Shown here piece by piece: positions 48,583-57,100 of a stretch of DNA of 64,000 nucleotides (the stretch's first letter is position 1; the number at the start of each line of letters is the position of its first letter). The notes under the pieces were generated by a model, which was not told where the DNA came from, did not search any database, and worked only from the letters and a program-made list of their open reading frames with translations. The DNA lies in IMG/VR virus record IMGVR_UViG_3300043786_000977, positions 144,909-208,908 of that record. One strand, given 5' to 3'. Position numbers and translations under genes: made by a program.

Positions 48583-48885
48583 ATGAAGGCATTCGTGTTA
48601 TTGTTACTTGTGATGGCGGCAGGTTGTGCGACGCAGGGTCGTTTAACAGGCGCCGATCTCGATCTGCGTGACCCGCAACAGATTGAGGCTGGACGTATGG
48701 ACGCATTAACGCCATACTTGACGCAGGTGGGTATACCGAATACGGACGAGTTGGTAAAGGATCCTAAACCACGGGCTACACTCATCTGGTGGGAAAAGAT
48801 TCTGGAACAACTGCCGTTAATGAAGTGCAGGTTCCGTTTGATAGTTATCGAATGGAAAGACGATGTGCCCGTGAAAGCACAATAG
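48583..48885 (+). CDS. Putative lipoprotein
   Basis: MKAFVLLLLVMAAG-C. Confidence 0.65.
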   Translation: MKAFVLLLLVMAAGCATQGRLTGADLDLRDPQQIEAGRMDALTPYLTQVGIPNTDELVKDPKPRATLIWWEKILEQLPLMKCRFRLIVIEWKDDVPVKAQ

Positions 48886-48921
48886 CGTTTACGGGAATGG
48901 TACAAACACAAGGAGAAGGCG

Positions 48922-49353
48922 ATGATTGACATAAAAAAGCTGAGTAACAACGACCTAGCGTATATCGAGGGTTTCATCAAGACGTGTGCCGATAAGGGTG
49001 TAGACCCTGAACCCATGCTCGCCAAGTTGGCAGGCGAAGAACCACCGGCCGAGGATAAACCCGCGTCGAAAGCCAAGTCAACAGTGAAGCGTGTGGCAGG
49101 CGGTGCAGGTAAAGGTGCATTGGCCGGCGGCGCTATAGGTGCTGGACTTGGCGCCGTCGGAGGCGCGGTCGCAAAGGCGGGGATCAACAGCCGGCTTAAA
49201 CAAGCGCCAGGGATGCGGGCTTATGCACGATCACACAAGGGTGAAGTGCTTGCAGGGTATCTGAAGGCCATGCTACAAGGTGGCACAGGTGGCGCGCTGT
49301 TGGGTGCAGCTGGTGGTGCAGTAACGGGCGGTGCTGTTCGCGCTGTATCGTAA
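48922..49353 (+). CDS. Glycine-zipper protein with shared N-terminal module
   Basis: AYIEGFIKTCADKGVDP. Confidence 0.7.
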   Translation: MIDIKKLSNNDLAYIEGFIKTCADKGVDPEPMLAKLAGEEPPAEDKPASKAKSTVKRVAGGAGKGALAGGAIGAGLGAVGGAVAKAGINSRLKQAPGMRAYARSHKGEVLAGYLKAMLQGGTGGALLGAAGGAVTGGAVRAVS

Positions 49354-49364
49354 GGGGATAGTTT

Positions 49365-49721
49365 ATGGCGACACAATACAGAGAAGTACTGGAGCCTCAG
49401 GAGCGCCTTGCCGCATTTCGGCTTGGCGCTTGTCTGAAGTTTGCTTCAATTGGTGTGCGTCCGTCTGAGATCGACGCCTTCGTCAAACAGGCCGGCCCGG
49501 GTGCGACATCTGCATTGTTTTCGCCGACGGGTGCAGCTAAGATGGTTGCGACTGTAGCGATACTCACGGGAGTACCGCTTGGTGTTGCAGCACATGTGAT
49601 TGGTAAGCGTATCACGGGTGCACGCGGTCGGGAGAAGGAACTGCAAAGTCAGATTGGATACTATCGTAATGCATCACAGCAACTCGAGACCGGGTTGGCG
49701 GGTGCACAAACATCGATGTAA
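49365..49721 (+). CDS. Protein with shared N-terminal module
   Basis: AFRLGACLKFASIGVRP..KQAG. Confidence 0.65.
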   Translation: MATQYREVLEPQERLAAFRLGACLKFASIGVRPSEIDAFVKQAGPGATSALFSPTGAAKMVATVAILTGVPLGVAAHVIGKRITGARGREKELQSQIGYYRNASQQLETGLAGAQTSM

Positions 49722-49730
49722 GGATTCAAT

Positions 49731-50099
49731 ATGTTAGCAGGTATGCAGGGAACAGGGCTGTCTATGTTTAGTTCGATGGCTGCACCTAATCTCGGGCCTT
49801 CGCCCGAGGAGATGGATGCCGAACGGCAACGGATACTGTTTAAGAAAAACGTTCAGTTGAAGGCGCATCATGTACGTATTTTCGATCTGCATGATCCTGC
49901 TGACGTGAAGGCATACGAGAAGCAGATGAAGATTCTGATCGCCGGGGTGCAGGCAAAGAGTCATGTGATCTGGGATAATGATCGGCAGTTGGTGACACGC
50001 AAGGGTGAACAAGGATGGCAGCGATACATGGAGTGGAGTGAGTTTGTCTTGAATGAGGAAGCCACAGCCCCAGTCGGTGTCGCAATTGAAGGGAAATGA
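49731..50099 (+). CDS. Hypothetical protein
   Basis: ORF in a tight operon. Confidence 0.65.
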   Translation: MLAGMQGTGLSMFSSMAAPNLGPSPEEMDAERQRILFKKNVQLKAHHVRIFDLHDPADVKAYEKQMKILIAGVQAKSHVIWDNDRQLVTRKGEQGWQRYMEWSEFVLNEEATAPVGVAIEGK

Positions 50100-50100
50100 T

Positions 50101-51573
50101 ATGCAAAAACAAGGGATGGGTACTGTAACACGGCATGCGATCGGCGGGGCTGCGATCGGTGGCGGTGCAGCTGCACTCGTAAATCTGGTTCATATGATTA
50201 ACCAGATGCGTGAGGCACGAGCCAAGGCATTGAAACCTACAGAGACAGACGAGAACACAATCGTACTGACACTGCCCAATAAGCGTGCCGAGATTAACGA
50301 TAAGCATACCAAGGTCACGTCTGTTGAGGGACCCGAGTCTGCGGACTTCGTGCTTAATCGTAAAAATGGACAGAGTCGGCGTATGGGCAGCATGCAATTC
50401 GGTCCACGCCTATGCTCTACGGACAAACAGGCAGGCATGAACCCCGGTTGGCAAACACTCACAGCGTCGGCCTTGGCCGGGTTAGGTGGCGGTGTCGGTG
50501 GTTATATGCTGGTCAACAAGTTATATGAGCTGCAACGGGCACGACGTCTGCAACAGGATCTGGACGCGGCCAAGAAGGAATATATGGATCTGCTCTCGGG
50601 TAACGCGGTCAAGGGCGCCTCCTGTATCGAGAACGCGTTCGGTTGGCAGGTACCCGGTGACGAGAAGCAAGCTGGTTCCACTTTTGGTCTAGTAAACTAT
50701 CCATTGGCTGCAATGGCCCTTTTATCGGTCCTTGGTGCTGGTGCGACCGGTTATATCACGAAGCGTATCCTAGATGAAAAGTTCAGGGCCGTACAGGATA
50801 AGTCACTGGATATACCGAAAGTGAAGCGTATTGTTTTCCGTAGCGCACCTGCCACTGACCAGGATCCGGAGAAGGTTGCTTCGGTCGAGGACAGTGAAGC
50901 GATCATGGGTGGCCTCATGGTCATGATGGACCGTGTTTCCGGAACAGATCGTTTTACCGGTTCGCCAGAATTGCAACCTGTCCTTGAGAAGATCGGTATG
51001 ACCAAGGAAGCTCTGGTGAAGGAGGCTGGTGATTGGGACACGCTTTATAATCATTTAGAGCAGGCGCCTGATCTACGCAAGGCACTCTACGGTTTGTATA
51101 CGCGGTACACATCTAATCCCGTTACCGGTTTTTTTAAGCGGCTTGCGTTGAACGTCCCCGCGGTTCAACGCAAGGCTGATCAACGTCTGTACTCTATGTT
51201 GGACACGATGCGTAACCAGATGCCGCGGGGCGGTATGAAGTGGCAACCGGCGGTACCGCAGACCGGCATGCAGCCTAAAGTCGCACAGGATGCGACAATT
51301 ACCCCGTCACCTCTTGTAGCTCTGGCGTCAGGTTTGTTCGGTCGTACTGTAGGTCAAGGCCTGACTGACAATGAACGGACACCCGAGGAAATGGCGCAGT
51401 TAATCGTAGCTGCCCAGGAACAGGCGGCAAACCGGCGTCGTATGCAGGGTACCAAGGTCCGTGATGACGTAAAGGTAGACGGCGCAGATCCTAAGGCTAA
51501 GACGTATGTGATCAAGAACAGGGCGGCAATTCAAGCCCTGGTAAAACGACTGGCCGCTGAAGGACAGGTATAA
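50101..51573 (+). CDS. Multi glycine-zipper putative virion-internal protein
   Basis: Repeated KQAG/KVAS/KEAG segments preceding hydrophobic Gly-rich helices. Confidence 0.7.
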   Translation: MQKQGMGTVTRHAIGGAAIGGGAAALVNLVHMINQMREARAKALKPTETDENTIVLTLPNKRAEINDKHTKVTSVEGPESADFVLNRKNGQSRRMGSMQFGPRLCSTDKQAGMNPGWQTLTASALAGLGGGVGGYMLVNKLYELQRARRLQQDLDAAKKEYMDLLSGNAVKGASCIENAFGWQVPGDEKQAGSTFGLVNYPLAAMALLSVLGAGATGYITKRILDEKFRAVQDKSLDIPKVKRIVFRSAPATDQDPEKVASVEDSEAIMGGLMVMMDRVSGTDRFTGSPELQPVLEKIGMTKEALVKEAGDWDTLYNHLEQAPDLRKALYGLYTRYTSNPVTGFFKRLALNVPAVQRKADQRLYSMLDTMRNQMPRGGMKWQPAVPQTGMQPKVAQDATITPSPLVALASGLFGRTVGQGLTDNERTPEEMAQLIVAAQEQAANRRRMQGTKVRDDVKVDGADPKAKTYVIKNRAAIQALVKRLAAEGQV

Positions 51574-52047
51574 ATGCGTGATCGTACAATACAGTATAGC
51601 CGTGTAACGGAGATCGTAACCAAGTGGGCGCAACAGGCAGAAGAACAACCTCTGCATGCTGACGAGAAGTTGCGGCGTAAGGAGCGTGTACGGCGCATAC
51701 TCGGTACCATGTTGGGCGCGGGTTACGGTACACTGGCAGGTGGTTTCGTCGGGGGTCAGGTGTTGGGCCGCGGTCCCGGGTTCGACCGGCAACGGGCTGT
51801 TAAAGGCATGCTGCTTGGCCTGATCGGTGGTGGTAGTCTTGGTTATGCAGGCGGCGCCGCTGTGAATAAGATTCAGCGCTATACAGGGGATCATAGACCA
51901 CAGCCTCAATCACAGACCATTCAGATCATCGTGCCGCCGGATAGCAATATCGTACAACGGGCGGCAGATGCAATGGATGATGGACAGGGGTCCAAGACAG
52001 CGGCAGTGTTAAGAAAACGTTTTAGGAGGTTCCTAAGTAGCGTATGA
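51574..52047 (+). CDS. Glycine-zipper protein
   Basis: GTMLGAGYGTLAGGFVGG. Confidence 0.65.
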   Translation: MRDRTIQYSRVTEIVTKWAQQAEEQPLHADEKLRRKERVRRILGTMLGAGYGTLAGGFVGGQVLGRGPGFDRQRAVKGMLLGLIGGGSLGYAGGAAVNKIQRYTGDHRPQPQSQTIQIIVPPDSNIVQRAADAMDDGQGSKTAAVLRKRFRRFLSSV

Positions 52048-52092
52048 ATAATGACAGCGATGCTTCACCACAAGAATTGACGCAGGTGCCTG

Positions 52093-52386
52093 ATGATGAC
52101 CAACCTCCTCTTGTTAACAATCGTATTCGGGGTAGCCTGGATCGATTGGTTCATTTATGGCAAGAAGGGCGACGCTCTGATAGATCGATCCCCTTGGCTC
52201 ATATTTTGGGCATGCGGGGAGGCTTCATTGGGCGTAGTAGCGGGCTTTGTGGTATGGGACGCTTACCAGTCACGGGAATGGTTTAGGATAGTCGGCGTAC
52301 TCGGAGCGACAGTTGTCGGCTGCGCGTTAGGTATAATCACCAGTAGGGTAATCGATTGGAAGAAATGGAGGATGCGACATGGATAA
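52093..52386 (+). CDS. Small multi-TM membrane protein (holin-like candidate)
   Basis: Three hydrophobic segments, basic C-terminus KKWRMR. Confidence 0.5.
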   Translation: MMTNLLLLTIVFGVAWIDWFIYGKKGDALIDRSPWLIFWACGEASLGVVAGFVVWDAYQSREWFRIVGVLGATVVGCALGIITSRVIDWKKWRMRHG

Positions 52387-53308
52387 ACAAGCATACATAC
52401 GGGGCGTGTTAACAAAGTACGCCGAGCAGAAGCAAGCAGCAGGGTGGGGAGCCGTAGGCAGGGGTATTGGTCGGGTGGTCGGCGGATGGGGCGATGATGC
52501 GGTACGTGCCGCCACAAAGCCAGGTATCGGGTCACGGATCGGTCAAGCCGTTGCAGCCAAGGCACCAATGGCTGGAAGTGCACTAGACCGCATCCTTGCA
52601 CAGTCTAAGGGCCTAACCAGTCGCCTTATAAACGATCCTGGTTTGCGGAGTTTCTTGGCCCGTCACGGTACTCAGGCAAGCACGGGTGCACAGGCTATGG
52701 GGTCAGAGTTTATGCGGGGCATGGGACGGGCGGTACGTCCGTTCAGTAATAGTGCTGCGGACCAATTGTTTGCCCGTCAGATTATCAGTCCTGAGGTCCT
52801 AAAGTACATCGCAAGTCATGTGCCTCAAGCAACAGGGGCACGTAGTTTGCGCAGTGCATTCAGTCTTCCGAATATTGGTTTTCAGGCAGGACGGTATTCA
52901 CCACTTGCTGCCGCGTTAAGTATAGGCAATCAAATCGGCGCCAGCGGCAACCCTGACAAGTACGCCGCGGCTCCCGATAACGATCGAGCATTGACGGGTA
53001 ATATCCTGGGTGGTCTGGGTGGTTTATCTGTAGGTAGTAATGCCGGGCAGTTACTGGAGTCGGGCGTGGGGGCACAGGCCGCGGGTGGTAACTTCCTAGG
53101 CGGAGTCAGGCATGCGGTACGAAATCCAGTGCAAGCACGTAAGCTAAATACGGCCGAGTTAGTGCGGGCCATACTCATGAAGGACAAGCACACTTTAAGA
53201 AAGTTGATGGGCGCTAAGTTAGGTGGTTTGGCCTTGGCGGGTGCAGGTATCTACGGTGGTATCCGTGGCGGCGGTGCATTACAACGGAAATTGCGTCAAC
53301 CGAAATAG
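52379..53308 (+). CDS. Gly/Ala-rich protein with shared N-terminal module
   Basis: MDKQAYIRGVLTKYAEQKQAAG. Confidence 0.7.
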   Translation: MDKQAYIRGVLTKYAEQKQAAGWGAVGRGIGRVVGGWGDDAVRAATKPGIGSRIGQAVAAKAPMAGSALDRILAQSKGLTSRLINDPGLRSFLARHGTQASTGAQAMGSEFMRGMGRAVRPFSNSAADQLFARQIISPEVLKYIASHVPQATGARSLRSAFSLPNIGFQAGRYSPLAAALSIGNQIGASGNPDKYAAAPDNDRALTGNILGGLGGLSVGSNAGQLLESGVGAQAAGGNFLGGVRHAVRNPVQARKLNTAELVRAILMKDKHTLRKLMGAKLGGLALAGAGIYGGIRGGGALQRKLRQPK

Positions 53309-53310
53309 AC

Positions 53311-54192
53311 ATGAATCCCTTACTTCTACGTTATCTAAAGTTGCTCAGTGGTTCAGGTATACGTACCTCGAAGGCCACGGGTGCGCCTATTGGTAAAGAG
53401 GTAGCGAAGACAGTTGGTACACAGTTGGGTACGGCTGGTGCTATTGCAGGTCTAGGTTACGGTGGGAAGAAAGTGGTAGAACATTATCCCGAACTCAAGG
53501 ATATGTTGGACAACGTATTTCACAAGAGTCGCATCGGCCGCGTGATGGACGGACTCGGTATAAAGACGAGTCAATATCAATATCAAGATCCGGACACACA
53601 ATTACGGACGTCGTTGTTGAGTTTGCTCGCCGGTGGTGTACCTGCTGGATTAGGTCAGTTTGCGCACGAGACGTTACCGGACTTGAAGCCACGTGAGCGT
53701 ATTGCCAAGCGTATACTTGCGCTATCACAGAAGCACCACAAAGGTGTTATAGAGGGCAGTCAGTACGCCTTCGATTCAAATACACGTAAGATTCACTCAC
53801 CAGATGGTCTCAAAGGTAATGTCGGAGCTATTGCTCATGAGGCAGGACATGCGATGGATCCGGTACTCAAGCGTACTGGACGTCTTCACAATATATTGCG
53901 CGGTGCTGGAGGTTTCGCAGGTAGTTGGGGTGCGATGGCAGCTTCTGATCGTGATACAGCACGGAACTACGCACTTGGCGGCAGTGCGCTTGCCTTACCC
54001 ACTTTAGCGCACGAGACCTATGCAGGAATCAAAGGTATGCAGTTGTTACGTCAGACATCACGGAAGATACCAACCAAGGTTTTGCTACGTGCCATGAGCG
54101 GACTACCATCTTATGCAGGTGCAGCCCTAGCACCTTTGGCAGTTTACGGCACCCGGTCAGCATTGGGAGGCTTCGGAGATAAAAATGATTAG
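53311..54192 (+). CDS. Putative Zn-metallopeptidase (HExxH) with glycine zippers
   Basis: AIAHEAGHA plus downstream LAHE. Confidence 0.6.
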   Translation: MNPLLLRYLKLLSGSGIRTSKATGAPIGKEVAKTVGTQLGTAGAIAGLGYGGKKVVEHYPELKDMLDNVFHKSRIGRVMDGLGIKTSQYQYQDPDTQLRTSLLSLLAGGVPAGLGQFAHETLPDLKPRERIAKRILALSQKHHKGVIEGSQYAFDSNTRKIHSPDGLKGNVGAIAHEAGHAMDPVLKRTGRLHNILRGAGGFAGSWGAMAASDRDTARNYALGGSALALPTLAHETYAGIKGMQLLRQTSRKIPTKVLLRAMSGLPSYAGAALAPLAVYGTRSALGGFGDKND

Positions 54193-57100
54193 TACACCAC
54201 CGGCATCGCCATTACCATCACACTTGCGGGATTTCGACGATACCGACAAGGCACGGGAACTGATTTATTCCGGTGCCCTGGATGCGGTATCGAAACGTTT
54301 TCCTGTCGAAGATGACGAGTATCGCGTTGAGTTACACAAACCACGATATACCGGGGTTCAGACCTATTCGCTGGAGCAACAGAAGCAGGCGCTGATGAAG
54401 GAGCGTCGTCTGACTACACCGATCACGGGTACCTGGAAACTGGTGCACAAGCCCACGGGTGCTGTGCTGGATGAGCGTGAGGATGTCGTGATGAATGTGC
54501 CCTATTACACGCAGCGGGGTACTTTCATTCACGGCGGTAACGAGTACAGTGTTGTGAACCAGGCACGCTTGCGTCCTGGCGTGTACATTCGGCGCCAACG
54601 TACGGGTGAGATAGAAGGCCACGTCAACGTCAAGTCGGGTTCGGGTAAACCATTCCGCGTGCAGCTGGAACCCAACACTGGTGTGTTCAAGTTACACGTG
54701 GGGCAGTCCAACGTACCGCTTTATCCGTTAATGCGTGCCGTAGGTGTCACGGATCAGCAACTGATCAAGGCGTGGGGTGCTGACCTTGTGGCAGCCAATA
54801 TCAAGAAGCAGGATCCGCGGTCAATCGCGAAGTTGTATGATCGCTTCGCCGGTTATAAAGCTGAACCTGGTATAGATGAAGCGGGTCAGACAAAGTATCT
54901 TCGAGATTCATTACCGTTATTTGAGTTGGACGAGGATGTCAACGCACGTACGCTCGGTCTTACAGGAGCTAAGGGTGTAACGCCTGATGTACTCCTGCGT
55001 ATGACTTCGAAGATGTTGGGTGTATCGCGTGGCGAAGAGGATCCGGATGATCGTGACTCTCCACAGTTCAGTCATATCTACGGCGTGGAAGATCTCATAC
55101 GTGAACGTATTGATAAGGATGCGGGTAAGCTGACACAGAGTATGCTGCGCAAGGTACGGCGTTCGCGTAATCTCCAGGCTGTGCGCCGTGGTGCCTTGAA
55201 CTCTTATCTCGATAGCCTGTTGTTAGGCTCAGGGCTGGCAATGCCTTTGGAGGAAACGAACCCGTTGCATACACTTGAGCAGCTGAATCGTATCACCAAA
55301 CTCGGTGAAGGCGGTATTGGATCGGCTGAGGCCATTACAGATGAGGCCCGTGACGTTAACTCAGGGCAGTTCGGTTTTGTGGATCCGATCACTGGACCAG
55401 AGGGTTGCCAAGCTTCTTCAATGCAAGTACTTACGTATGATGGTTGGGTATCGTGGCCGAACGTAACTATGGATATGCGTTTGGCATGCAACATTGACGG
55501 TCAATTGGAATACCATAAGCCTACTGAATTACATGCGTTTGATCACGATGGTTGGATCTATGAGGCCCGTACTAAGCACCTAGCGTTCAGTGTAACAGGT
55601 GATCATAAGATTTGGAATCGTGCGTACGATCCGGGATCCGCGTATCGCTGGGAGCGTGTAGGTGCGTCATTTGAGCGTGATCGGCATATCTGTATAGGCG
55701 GACATTCGCCCGTGTCTGGTTGCGATACTGACTTCGAACTTCCGATTGTCGAGGGTGGTCATGCGCTTAAACTTACGACGACAACCATCCCTATGTTACT
55801 GTGGGCCGAATTCATGGGGTGGTTTCTAAGCGAGGGTAGCACCTGTGTTAGATCCGACGGACAGATTCAGGTCAGTATCGCGCAACACGATCCGGAGAAC
55901 CAGGAGCGGATACGTCGTGTTTTGACACAACTTCCATTTGAGTTTTCGGAGAATCGAGTTCATGGTGAGTTGCACGCTTTTATAATTGTGCGTAAACAGC
56001 TTGGAGTGTATCTGCAACAGTTCGGTCGTTCTGCAGACAAGTATATTCCACAGTATTTGCTTGATGCCAGTATTGAAGCCCGTAAGGTGTTGTTGTCGTC
56101 TTTGTGCGCGGGCGACGGGCGGCGTAAAGGTTCTACGTACACATATTGCACGACAAGTCATCGACTTGCACTTGATGTTGAGCGTCTTGCGTTTTCGTTG
56201 GGTTACTCCGTACGTGTACGTTTCGAGAAGGACGATCGACCCCAGGCATTACAGGGCGGCACGTGGTGCGTGCATTTGCATCTCACCAAGGAACGCTGTG
56301 TCCTAAAACGTCATATGTCTCGTCGTCCTTACACTGGAAAGGTTTACTGCGCCACGGTACCCGGTAGTCAACTGTATGTACGTTTGGGTGACTACGGTGG
56401 GCACTGGTCCGGGAACATGAACATCGGTATTGACGTGCGTGCAGCCTATCGTACGTTCAAGGGTAACGATAACAACATGTACGCCGAGTTCAACGACATA
56501 GGTACGGGGAAGCCCGTTTATCTGCGCCCTGACGAAGCCGCGTCACGTGTCGTGGCATTTCCCGGGCAAGACCCCAAGGCGGCTACGATATACGCTATGC
56601 GTCGTGGGAAGGTTGAACGTGTACCGCGGGCGGAAGTTGACCTCGCTGTACCTTCGTTCGCACACATGATGTCCAGTCATACCAATCTCAATCCGATGCC
56701 GACAGCTGTACAAGCCGGTCGTCAGTTCTACGGTGCCAAGTTCTGGAGCCAGTACATGCCACAAGTGGCAGGTGAGGTACCTCTTGTTGACTCGCTCATG
56801 CCTGATGGCAAGACGACGTGGACTGAGCACTACGGGCGCAAGGTGGGTACGTTAAAGAGTGACGTGGGTGGTACGGTCGTTAAGGTGACTGATAAGGGTG
56901 TGACCGTCATGGATGCCGATGGTAAAAAGCATCTGAACGAGTTGGTGAAGGACTTCCCGTTTAATCGGTTGACAGGTATCAGTTACTTCCCGACTGTAAA
57001 AGTAGGTGACCAAGTCAATGTTGGTGATATGGTTGCCCACTCTAATTTCACGGACTCTAAAACAGGGGCGTTGAATCTTGGCCGCAATTTGCGTACAGCC

